From Eledone cirrhosa (lineage: Eukaryota): a DNA stretch of 64,000 nucleotides. How positions within the stretch are numbered: position 1 is the stretch's first letter; every line of letters begins with the position of its first letter. Positions 54,334 through 64,000 of the stretch are shown piece by piece. A program made the position numbers and the translations under genes. The DNA is taken from assembly GCA_964016885.1 (NCBI GenBank), contig OZ024743.1, forward strand, positions 96,224,001-96,288,000, read 5' to 3'. Under the pieces are notes generated by a model. It made no database searches. It had not been told where the DNA came from and saw only the letters and a program-made list of their open reading frames with translations.

Positions 54334-54412
54334 TTCTCTGATGAGCTTTGGTTTTCCATCATAAATCCATCGGATTTATGAGGTTTTACAAAGCGAAACT
54401 GATCAGTAAGGG
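54334..54412 (+). ncRNA. Canonical hammerhead ribozyme upstream of LINE ORF1
   Basis: TTCT-CTGATGA-GCTTTG...(tcataaatcc/ggatttatga)...CAAAGC-GAAA-CTGATCAG-TA-AGGG, with GUA at 54406-54408. Confidence 0.87.
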
Positions 54413-54683
54413 CCACTAGAAGAGGTAAATATTTATATTATATTTTTTAATGTATTTTGAAAAATTGATTGAATTTTACTTCACACGCGTATAACTTGCT
54501 GAGTAAGTTCTGTTTAAATTTCTATAGAAATTCTTGTCTGATAACTTTAATTTTTGTACCATTTTGTAGAGGGACTGCCAGGTCAAACTTTGATCTGGTC
54601 AGTCTCTCAAAATATTCTACGCCTTTAGGCGAAATAGTTAAAAAAAAAAGTTTTTTCTTGTTGAAAAGTCAATATTTTTTTAA

Positions 54684-56369
54684 ATGGCCGAAGCTTCTTC
54701 ACCAAAATTCGAAGGAGGAAAGGGGAAGATGAACTTACAGCTTCCCCCTGCCACTGTCACAGTAGCAGAGGTCAAGAAGATAGGTCAGCCAGAGGAAGAA
54801 TTCTCTCCACCTGTTAACCGACAACTTGACGTTACCATGGCAACAACCCAAAGAACCAACAGCAACAACAACAACAATGCGACGGTAGAAAACAACACCA
54901 ATAACAATAACAATAACAACAACAAGACCAATAACGGTGACAACAACAACAATGATAACAACAACACCACCAACGACAACAACAACACAAACAAACAAAA
55001 TTTCTCCTTCGCCGAGACGACAAGGAAAACCCTCGACTATCTGCCAGTAGATATAACAAAAGCGAAGGAGCTACTGGCGGATGCGAAAAAATATATAGTG
55101 TACGGGGAAAATGGTTCATTCACAATCCATTCCCCCCCGGAACTAAAAAGCCAGAGACTCCTAAACACGGTCATGTTTAGGACAATCTCGAACAAAAGTA
55201 AAAAACCAGCTCAACCATCACAGAGCGAGATAGAGCTGGTTTTAAAAGACGTCATGAAGGACATCACCTTCATTCAGAAGGATAGACTCTACGGGAGTCT
55301 ATCCATTCTCATGAAGGACAGGGACACAGCAGTGAAACTGTCCATCAAACCAATCACATCCACCGCATACACCTTCTACCCTACGTACATGGGTAGAAGA
55401 ACACAAAAAATAAAAATCCACACCATCCTGCCGATTATGGACATATGGTGGGTTTTGACAGGTTTTCTGGACCTGGAGGATGACATGCTGGTGTCCATGG
55501 GAAAGGCATCGGGTGACGCGTTCAGTGGAACGAGCCTCGAACTTGTAGTTCAAATGAGGCCCGAAAGGATCGCCCAGATCCCTGAACGCGTCATACTGGA
55601 TGATCTAACCTTCATCAACATTACCGTTGAGGGTAGACGGCCCTCGTGTTACCTCTGCGGAACCAGAGGTCACCTGAGGGCTGTCTGTCCCCAACTTAAT
55701 AAGAAAACCCCAATCCTGCCTACACCACCAACAACTGCACAACCAACACAATCACCACAACAACCACTACAAAAACAACCACCACAGCTCAAACCAAAAC
55801 AAAACAATGTCCAACCCATCCCCTCCACTCAAAAAACAAAAACAATTTCCAAAACACCCGTACCGCAAACACAACCCGAAAATATACCCCTCCCCTCCAA
55901 CGCGGAAGATGACCCTAGTTCGTCGTCAGACGAGGAGGAGCACTTCCACACAATCAAAAGAAAAAAAAGAAAACACACCTCAGACACACAAATGAAAAAA
56001 ACCCCTCCCCAAAACATAACACTGACACCAACACAAAAGAGCTCACAACAGCAAACAAAAAACACCACACAAAAACAAAAACATGCATACACATACATAA
56101 ATACAAGAAACAAAAAACTGTTAAACATTGTGTACAACAACAATCTAATAAAAACACAAGGGCCTAACTTCACCCAGGCAGGGGATTTCCCCCACCTCAA
56201 AATGATTAAGGCCCCACAGGACACCTATAAAACTTTAAAAAACAATTTTAAAGAGGACGTGGGTCCCCCCTGCGTCGGGCCCATTAACCGCGTCCTCCTA
56301 AAAAAACTATCCCACCCCCTCCCCAAACACCCACACAACTCCAAGCTCCCCAACCACACAACACACTGA
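54684..56369 (+). CDS. LINE ORF1 gag-like nucleic-acid-binding protein (CCHC zinc knuckle)
   Basis: 561-aa ORF with CYLCGTRGHLRAVC, Asn-rich and Pro/Gln-rich linkers and a basic KRKKRK motif. It may originally have ended at 56466. Confidence 0.88.
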   Translation: MAEASSPKFEGGKGKMNLQLPPATVTVAEVKKIGQPEEEFSPPVNRQLDVTMATTQRTNSNNNNNATVENNTNNNNNNNNKTNNGDNNNNDNNNTTNDNNNTNKQNFSFAETTRKTLDYLPVDITKAKELLADAKKYIVYGENGSFTIHSPPELKSQRLLNTVMFRTISNKSKKPAQPSQSEIELVLKDVMKDITFIQKDRLYGSLSILMKDRDTAVKLSIKPITSTAYTFYPTYMGRRTQKIKIHTILPIMDIWWVLTGFLDLEDDMLVSMGKASGDAFSGTSLELVVQMRPERIAQIPERVILDDLTFINITVEGRRPSCYLCGTRGHLRAVCPQLNKKTPILPTPPTTAQPTQSPQQPLQKQPPQLKPKQNNVQPIPSTQKTKTISKTPVPQTQPENIPLPSNAEDDPSSSSDEEEHFHTIKRKKRKHTSDTQMKKTPPQNITLTPTQKSSQQQTKNTTQKQKHAYTYINTRNKKLLNIVYNNNLIKTQGPNFTQAGDFPHLKMIKAPQDTYKTLKNNFKEDVGPPCVGPINRVLLKKLSHPLPKHPHNSKLPNHTTH

Positions 56370-56490
56370 TGCCCCTACACTTCCACAAACCACCACCCCA
56401 CCCAACAACCCATCCCCCACCCTAATGGAAATTGTGCAGCCCGATACCCGGGACGCAGAGAGGTAAGTGCCTTTTCTCTTCACCACCAAC

Positions 56491-59400
56491 ATGGCTATGC
56501 TAAGAGTAGGCTGTTTAAATGCGCGTGGCCTGGGCTCAACTTGGAAGCAAGCAATGCTTCTAAATGACCTCAGGTCACAACGTATAGATGTGATGGTTAT
56601 CTGCGAGGCCCGGATCAGCAGCATGCGACAGCTAGCCCCCACCTTTGACGACTTTGAGATGCACGCATCTCTCTGTCAGCCCGGAGGTGGGCGTGGGGTT
56701 GTCGTTCTGCTGCAAAAACATATGGGCCTTGCAACACAGATAGTTCACTTGGACCCAGGGGGTCGACTGGTGGTGCTGGACCTTGGCAGTGGTGAAGGTA
56801 GAGCCTTTAGGCTGATAGCCGCATATGCCCCTTTTGGGACAGAGCGGCCCGACTTTTTCCAGCGTCTGGAGTCTTTTCTAGGGACGTCCCGTTCCCTGCT
56901 TTTAGTGGGGGATTGGAATGGTATCCTGGATGCACGTTGGGACTATGCAGGGGCATGTCCCGATAGAGAGGGGTGCAACAGCCTCAAGGGGTTACTCGGC
57001 CGATTTGACCTGGCCGATAGATTTCGACTAGATTTTCCGACGGTGCCAACCTGGTCTTGGTCAAATCGCAGCGGATCATCTAGATCGTACCTAGATAGAT
57101 TTTTAGTTAGAAATAAGGACAGGGACTTTTTAAGTTGTCCAGAAATGCTCATGGTTGGCTATTCAGACCACAAGTTGGTGACCTGCATGGTCAACCTTGA
57201 TAGAACGCATAGACAGGGCCCCGGTTACTGGAAGCTCAACTTGTCCTTGCCGGCAAGTAGAGCCTACAGGAATCGGATTAGTACGTTAGTTAAGGAACGG
57301 TTGACTGGAGCGATCGTCAACAGCAGGTGGTGGGTATCTCTAAAGAGAGAGATTAGAGTAGTCTCGATAGAATTTAGTAAGGTTCTAGCTGCGGATAGGA
57401 ATAGGAAGGAAAGGGAGCTAATAGATAGAGTAGAAGAGGCAATTAGAAGCGGCGACGTGGCCAGAGTGCTAGCGTCGAGAACGGCTTTGAGCCAGTTTTT
57501 CGACGCGAAGCACGAAGGCTGCGTTGTCCGAAGTAAAATACGTGCTCTAGGGAACGAGGGGGCCAAAGCTGTTAGCTGGGCCCGCGTGACAGAGGCCAAC
57601 AGTGGAACTAAATCCACCATCCGGTCTTTGCGAGACCTGGATGGACGGGCGATTCTTGAGCCTAAGCAGATGTGTGAGGCCTTTCAAAGGCACTTTGCCC
57701 GACTGTTCGGGAGGGGCGGGGAGCCGGTTGGAAACGTGGACTTCGGTCCATACCTCGACGGCCTGCCGCGCCTCTCGGACAGGGAGGCGAAGTCTTGCGA
57801 GGAGCCGATTTCGGCCGCTGAGATAGAGGACGTGCTAGGCCAATGCGGCAAACGCAAATCCCCGGGTCTCGATGGTCTTCCTTACGAATTATATCTAGCT
57901 ATGCCGGACTTGTTCCCCGATCTCCTCGAGGCGGTCTACTGCAACTGGCAACAGAACGGGAGAATTCCCTGTACTGTGACCAAGGGCGTAGTCACGCTAG
58001 TGAGGAAGGACGAGAACAAGGGGGACGAAATAAGTAACTTCAGGCCCATAACTCTGCTAAATACAGAGTTACAGATTTTGGCCAAGGTGCTAGCAAAGAG
58101 GTTGGCGCTTGTCGTGGGCAACCTGGTGGGAGATGCGCAGACATGCGCTATCCCGTCCAGGTCCATCCATGACAACCTCCACCTCATGCGATACATCATA
58201 GAGAGGGTTGGGAACGAACCCGGCTTTGGTGGGGCTCTGATCAACTTGGATCAATCTAAGGCGTTCGATAGGGTCGACCATGGTTACCTGGATGCGGTGC
58301 TAGCGGCGGCAGGCTTCGGACCCGTTTTCAGGGGCTGGATCACTGCTATGCACAGCAGCCGCATCTGCTCTAGGGTCAAGGTGAACGGCTACCTCTCGGA
58401 GCCGTTCAAAATCGCGCGGTCCATCCGACAAGGGTGCCCTCTCTCCTCCCTTCTGTATGTGTTGACTCTCGAGCCACTACTGCGGAAGTTGGAGTTGTTG
58501 CAGGGCATCCCTTTGGAACCGGGATTGCGGAAAGCGGTGTCAGCCTACGCCGATGATGTGACAGTAATGGTGTCGACGGCCTCCGAAATCGAGGCGGTCG
58601 GCACCTTACTGGAGGAGTACGAAAAGTTCACAGGGGCTAAGCTGAACCGGGACAAGTCGATCGGTTTGCAACTCGGCACGTGGAGGGGCAGACCGATGCC
58701 CTCCGATGGCGTCGTCGGACGCTGGACGGAGGGCCCGGTGAAGTTGCTCGGGGTCTGGTTCGGACCGGACCTCCAGGTGGAGAAAAACTGGGCGGAGGTT
58801 ACGAACAGGGTGTTTGCACTGACCCAGAAGTGGGCCAGTTGCAAACTACCCCTGAAAGGTCGGGCGGAGGTGGCGAACACTTATATAGCGTCCGTCATCT
58901 ACTACCGCCTGACCGTAGTGCCCTGCCCAAGGGAAACCCTCACCAAGATGGAGCGCGCGCTCTTCCAATTCCTTTGGAAGGGGCGGGCTCCTATGGTGAG
59001 GAGATCCATCTGCTGTCAACACCCTTCGAAAGGAGGGCTGGGGATGCCGTGGCTAATGATGCGTAAACACGCATTAAGGCTACGGCACCTCTACGTATTC
59101 CTCACCGGACAACCGGTGTGGGCCCCGTTTGTGAGACGAACCTTTCCCAGACTCGTCTCACTCACCGAACTGCAATCCTGGGTCAAGCAGAGACCGAGAA
59201 AACTGGGCGCCTGGCACACTGAGTGTGCCCAGGCGCTCACCGCCCTCTGGCAGGCGGATCCGGTTATCAGTGGAGACTCCACCGCAACATTCTATAGAGG
59301 GCTGGTACGCAGCAGGTGCGACGACGCCCTCGGAGAAGCCCTAGACATGGAGGAGGACGAACTGGCCAGCCTGTTCGGTAGGACATTCAGCCCGGGACCT

Positions 59401-59928
59401 ATGGACAACTTCCAGAAGTCCCTGGCCTGGCAGTGCTACCGAGGGGCTTTACCCGTTCGAGAAAGGCTCTACAGACACGGGCGCCCGGGTAGGGACCCCG
59501 CCAAAAAGATCTGTCCCAGATGCGTGTGCGACGAGGAAACCGTTGCACACGCATTGGTACACTGCTCGGGCGTAGCCGATCTGTGGGGCTATGTCGAACA
59601 ACTGCTGTCAAGGGTGGGACCGATCCGGTTGACCACCGAGTCTATTGTAATGATCAAGCCGCCTCCCCCCTTCAAAGATGAAGCAGAGGCGGTGTTTCTG
59701 TGCGTAATAGCCATGGCGAAAGAGGTTGTATGGTGGACGCGTCTGAAAGGACTGAGGTCGGGCGCCTTTCTCTCTGGCCAACAACTGGTCCGTTTCTTCC
59801 GATATCATTTCGGAAGAAGGATCAGGATGGAGAGAGAGGTGCTGCACCCCAGTCGTTTTTATGAAAGGTGGGTGAAAGTGGCGAGAATGGCCCGTGTGAA
59901 TGGGCCTTCTCTTTACATAAGCCTGTAG
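56491..59928 (+). CDS. LINE ORF2: APE endonuclease + reverse transcriptase + C-terminal zinc finger, uninterrupted
   Basis: LNARGL, GDWN, SDH, KSPGLDG, NFRPITLLN, DQSKAFDRV, RQGCPLS, YADD and CPRC..ETVAHALVHC. First ATG at 56491. Confidence 0.96.
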   Translation: MAMLRVGCLNARGLGSTWKQAMLLNDLRSQRIDVMVICEARISSMRQLAPTFDDFEMHASLCQPGGGRGVVVLLQKHMGLATQIVHLDPGGRLVVLDLGSGEGRAFRLIAAYAPFGTERPDFFQRLESFLGTSRSLLLVGDWNGILDARWDYAGACPDREGCNSLKGLLGRFDLADRFRLDFPTVPTWSWSNRSGSSRSYLDRFLVRNKDRDFLSCPEMLMVGYSDHKLVTCMVNLDRTHRQGPGYWKLNLSLPASRAYRNRISTLVKERLTGAIVNSRWWVSLKREIRVVSIEFSKVLAADRNRKERELIDRVEEAIRSGDVARVLASRTALSQFFDAKHEGCVVRSKIRALGNEGAKAVSWARVTEANSGTKSTIRSLRDLDGRAILEPKQMCEAFQRHFARLFGRGGEPVGNVDFGPYLDGLPRLSDREAKSCEEPISAAEIEDVLGQCGKRKSPGLDGLPYELYLAMPDLFPDLLEAVYCNWQQNGRIPCTVTKGVVTLVRKDENKGDEISNFRPITLLNTELQILAKVLAKRLALVVGNLVGDAQTCAIPSRSIHDNLHLMRYIIERVGNEPGFGGALINLDQSKAFDRVDHGYLDAVLAAAGFGPVFRGWITAMHSSRICSRVKVNGYLSEPFKIARSIRQGCPLSSLLYVLTLEPLLRKLELLQGIPLEPGLRKAVSAYADDVTVMVSTASEIEAVGTLLEEYEKFTGAKLNRDKSIGLQLGTWRGRPMPSDGVVGRWTEGPVKLLGVWFGPDLQVEKNWAEVTNRVFALTQKWASCKLPLKGRAEVANTYIASVIYYRLTVVPCPRETLTKMERALFQFLWKGRAPMVRRSICCQHPSKGGLGMPWLMMRKHALRLRHLYVFLTGQPVWAPFVRRTFPRLVSLTELQSWVKQRPRKLGAWHTECAQALTALWQADPVISGDSTATFYRGLVRSRCDDALGEALDMEEDELASLFGRTFSPGPMDNFQKSLAWQCYRGALPVRERLYRHGRPGRDPAKKICPRCVCDEETVAHALVHCSGVADLWGYVEQLLSRVGPIRLTTESIVMIKPPPPFKDEAEAVFLCVIAMAKEVVWWTRLKGLRSGAFLSGQQLVRFFRYHFGRRIRMEREVLHPSRFYERWVKVARMARVNGPSLYISL

Positions 59929-60190
59929 GTGGAAAAGAGGAAGGAACGAGGGAGCACCCCCTCTCTGTGCTCCTGAGGAAAAGGGTTGCACACTTTTTTC
60001 GGGGGTGTGTGCGACCCCCCAAGGCGCCTCCTCTCTATTGAGGATTTTGTTAAAAATTTTATTTTTTGTTATATCTTATTTTATTTTTATATTTTGTTAT
60101 TGCCTCCTCCTTATTGAGGACGCCTTTTTGTGTAAACTCCCCCCTTTGTACTTGTCCCACTTTTGATGCCCTAGTGGCAAATAAAAGAAA

Positions 60191-60289
<99 letters not shown>

Positions 60290-60291
60290 AT

Positions 60292-60516
60292 ATTATTAAA
60301 AGATCAAAGACCATAATCAGTTGATTCCGGTTTATTTAAAACTCTGTTATACATATTTGGCTAAGGACTATCAGTTATTTCCATGTTTTCAAGTTTTTAT
60401 AGGTTTTACCGTCTGAAGAGCTCAGGCTATCATAACTGATAGTCCTTAGCCAAATATGTATAACAGTTTTAAATAAACCGGAATCAACTGATTATGGCCT
60501 CTGATCTTTTAATAAT
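60292..60516. mobile_element. ~225-bp fold-back mini-element with a mutated hammerhead
   Basis: 60292-60377 is inverted at 60432-60516. The motif reads CTGAAGA (60413)-GCTCAGG-CTATCA/TGATAG-CCTTAGC-CAAA. Confidence 0.8.
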
Positions 60517-60644
60517 AGGTAATGCCCCAGCATGCACCATTTATACAAGTCGTTGGGTGCTTCTTTTAATCTGCTCCACAACTGACAGACCCTACTATGG
60601 TCTCTTCATCCCTGTTCAGTTAACCTCATATTCTATATATTCAT

Positions 60645-61027
60645 CTATAATATTATAAAGCTGAGTGTCGTGTGTATGTATGTATGTATGTATCCTACAC
60701 ACCTCCCTATAGTTCGTTAGCTTTACTCTCTCCGTTGCTCTTCCCTCTCTATATAATAGATCATTCCCCCTCTCTATAATTTAACTGCTTTACTCTCTCT
60801 ATCGCTCTTCACTCTCAAATATTATAAAGCTGAGCGTCGTCTCTCTCTCTCCCTCTCTCCCTCTTTCACCCTCTCTATCTATAATTTAACTGCTTTACTC
60901 TCTGTCTCTCTTCACTCTCTATATGACAGCAGGTAATACATCAAAAGGCAACCCTGACAAATATAATAATATATGTATCCCACACACTTTTTCTGTCGTC
61001 GCTCGCATAAGTAACACACACACACGC

Positions 61028-61081
<54 letters not shown>

Positions 61082-61275
61082 TTTCACACTTGATTTCACC
61101 AATTGCCGGATAACTTCAAAACAAAACACACACACATGCACAAACACACATACACATACACAAACACACACACACATATCTATACTTTATATGTATGTAT
61201 GTAAGATCATTCCTCCTCTCTATAATTTAACTGCTTTACTCTCTCTGTCGCTCTTCACTCTCTATATGACAACAC
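60645..61275 (+). repeat. Dispersed direct repeats (tctctataatttaactgctttactctct), possibly Helitron-derived
   Basis: Three copies near 60771, 60877 and 61217. The region starts with TCTATAATATTATAAAG, a Helitron-like 5' end, but no CTAG 3' end was seen. Confidence 0.35.
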
Positions 61276-61321
61276 TGTTTTAGTTTCCGTATCTCCCTTC
61301 AATATATACACATAGAGAGAG

Positions 61322-61482
61322 GGCGGTGGATTGGCAGTATCGGTAGAGAGTCGGACACCATGCTTTGCAGCAAAGAGTTACGGCCCTTTATGATGCGAGT
61401 TCAAATCCCGCCGAGGTTAGCTTTATCTTTCATCCTCACGGGGTCGATAAAATAGCGTACCAGTCACGTACTGAAGTCGATT
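61322..61482 (+). mobile_element. SINE family A variant running into the gap
   Basis: Consensus head and B box. Confidence 0.85.
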
Positions 61483-61682
61483 NNNNNNNNNNNNNNNNNN
61501 NNNNNNNNNNNNNNNNNNNNNNNNNNNNNNNNNNNNNNNNNNNNNNNNNNNNNNNNNNNNNNNNNNNNNNNNNNNNNNNNNNNNNNNNNNNNNNNNNNNN
61601 NNNNNNNNNNNNNNNNNNNNNNNNNNNNNNNNNNNNNNNNNNNNNNNNNNNNNNNNNNNNNNNNNNNNNNNNNNNNNNNNNN
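61483..61682. other. Assembly gap (200 N)
   Basis: Run of N. Confidence 1.
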
Positions 61683-62185
61683 AACACATGCCACACCCCA
61701 CCTGACCACTTTTTGTTTTACATTCGAGTTTTGTGAATTGTAAATTAAAAAATTTAGTGTGTTTTTGACAGATAGTAGCGTTCTTATGGCAGACAGTTAT
61801 AACAAGTGTATAGTTATTGTGTGTTTGTGTAGTCTACAGACATCAAAGAGATGCATTACTGAATCTTAAAGGATCACAGTTTTATACAAATTCGAATAAT
61901 TTAATTAAATATAAAACAATTTCCTATGATTGATAAATAAATAACCAAACATGATTTCCGCATAACTGTTGTGGAAATATCTAAAGCAGAGAAGAGGTTT
62001 TTATGGTGTTATGACATATCACATGACTTGGTGTGAGTGAGAGTGGATTGTGTAGTGGAAAGTACAGGCTGAATAATTTTCTTCGTGTTGTCAGAGCAGG
62101 ATGAGTCAAAATCTAGGTTTGGGAGCTTATCAAATTATAAGTTAAAAGTATTTTAGTTCGGAGAAGGGGCTCTGTATACATACAG

Positions 62186-62309
<124 letters not shown>

Positions 62310-63119
62310 ACATACACACATAAGGTATGTGTGTATGTCTGTGTATATGCAACCATCAACTGTAAGAATACACTATATGTGTACCTGTTTTAATAGCTTC
62401 CTTGCATTGAGTTCTTCTCATTATTCTATGAATTCTAATACATTTATGCTTCAACTCCATCTTCGAGATAACTTAGTTTATATATTTTATGCCAGCTATA
62501 GTAGCTTTCTATTTTGAACAGATACCATGGTCTGAGGTTCATTGGCTATTTCTTTTCCTCTTCTTTTTTCCTTTTTCTCTCACTTCCTGTCTATCTAATT
62601 TGTTTGTTTTTCACACAAACATCATACCAACAGAAATACTTATTTTTCTGTTGCACGAGCCGACAATTTTACATGGTACACTTAAGTTAAATCGTGTGAA
62701 ACCACAGTCAGTCTAAGAGCTGATATAGTTTACTTATATGTATACAGCTATGTTAGAGCAAACACCTTAATTCTATTTTCCGACTGAGCCAGCCAATAGA
62801 TCTATATACAAAGGAGGTCTAATCAGCCCATGTACATAGGTGTAAAAATTATGTTTTCACCTATAATGAGTTCCAGCAGAGAGCAGGGTAAGGGAGCACT
62901 CTCTTGAGAATGACCAGAGTCAGAAACGTCATCATTGACAGTTACTCACCCTTTGCTTCTGCTGGAATCCACTAGAAGGTGCCATGCCATCAGTTTCCAG
63001 ATTTATAGCTGAAGACTTTCAAAATGTTTTATTTGTAAATATGCCGTATATTGCTAGAAAAACAAAATTCTCTACTTATGTATATATAAATATATCTATC
63101 TAGGGCGGGTAAAATTCCC

Positions 63120-63332
63120 GAGATCCATGGACGAGTTCTCTCCAGCAGTCTCTGTCCCTCATTATCGCTGCCATGTCCTGCGTCTCCAAGAGACCAGTGT
63201 CTGTCCTTAGGACATCAACATATGTTAACCTCGGTCTTCCTCTTCCAGTGTGTCCATGCAGGGGACTCCCACAGGAGCACTGAGTGCAGTGTCAACTCTG
63301 GATGTCGGTGAGCATGTCCAGCTAACCTCAGT
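63120..63332 (-). mobile_element. RTE-like LINE 3' fragment
   Basis: Minus strand encodes LRLAGHAHRHPE, followed by degenerate LINE C-terminal sequence. Confidence 0.6.
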
Positions 63333-63742
63333 ATATATATATGTGTATATATATATATGTGTAAATATATATAGTATAAATAAAGTTTCATACACTTAAC
63401 ATGTTACCATTGGTTTCAAGGCCCAGTCATGGCTACCACTGTAGAATGGAAGAGGTACTTTTAAACTGACCCTTTTTTCAGGCACATTGACTAAAATATG
63501 AGAAATGAAGTGATTATCCCTCGACTAATTTTCCTCGGAACGATGGAGATCTTTATATTTGAAATAGGGGAGGCAAATCTGTTTTAAAATCTCTGTAAAG
63601 GAATTTTTCAAAATGTCTAAGGTTTTTCTGTCTGTTGAATTTATCAGGTATTTAATAGATAACTAAAACGATTAAGTTAAGTTGTTATATATATATATAG
63701 ACACACACGCACATGCACACATCTGCACATGTACCTATATAT

Positions 63743-63817
<75 letters not shown>

Positions 63818-63864
63818 TATATATATATATATAATAAATGTAATCAGAGTTTTTCGAATATTAA

Positions 63865-64000
63865 TAATTGTTTCTACTTTAGGCACAAGGCCAGCAATTA
63901 CCCAGTGCATTACTGGTACTTTATTTTATCGACCCCGTAAGGATGATAGGCAAAGTCAACCTCGGCGGGATTTGAACTCAGATTGTAAAGGGACGTAACT
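63865..64000 (-). mobile_element. SINE family A (cut by the window end)
   Basis: Reverse-complement match. Confidence 0.9.

Larger units (their letters stand above)
54113..60192 (+). mobile_element. Near-intact L1-clade (Tx1-like) LINE flanked by (TA)n
   Basis: Two ORFs and a 3' UTR ending aataaaagaaact + (TA)n. The 5' boundary is uncertain (54113-54680). Confidence 0.92.

Noticed and set aside
56461-56468. Perfect splice donor AG|GTAAGT in the LINE inter-ORF region
   Set aside because: More simply explained as the AGG-TAA end of the frameshift-corrected ORF1.

Overview
AT-rich, repeat-dominated animal genomic DNA. The SINE families, (TA)n/(CA)n density and LINE repertoire look like an octopod cephalopod, which is an inference. 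No complete host gene is visible, only weak candidate exons. Most ORFs in the track are microsatellite or minisatellite artefacts. Mobile content: a near-intact L1/Tx1-like LINE (ORF1 with a zinc knuckle plus a 1,145-aa APE-RT ORF2, ~54.1-60.2 kb), a full-length but frameshifted RTE/BovB-like LINE (10.9-15.0 kb), three Penelope-like elements, R4/Dong-like and CRE-like LINE remnants, ~17 copies or fragments of one tRNA-derived SINE, and several minisatellites (45 bp x ~132, 33 bp x ~37, ~60 bp inverted pair, 39 bp, ~61 bp). The signal the ORF track misses is a high density of self-cleaving ribozyme motifs that I folded by eye. There is a textbook HDV-like ribozyme at the exact 5' end of the RTE. 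There are also about a dozen hammerhead (HHR) motifs, many inside small non-coding fold-back (palindromic) elements inserted in (TA)n tracts, and one canonical HHR upstream of the L1/Tx1 ORF1. A candidate 57-nt exon sits in the loop between two >1.2-kb inverted satellite arrays. All ribozyme and exon calls are manual and untested.
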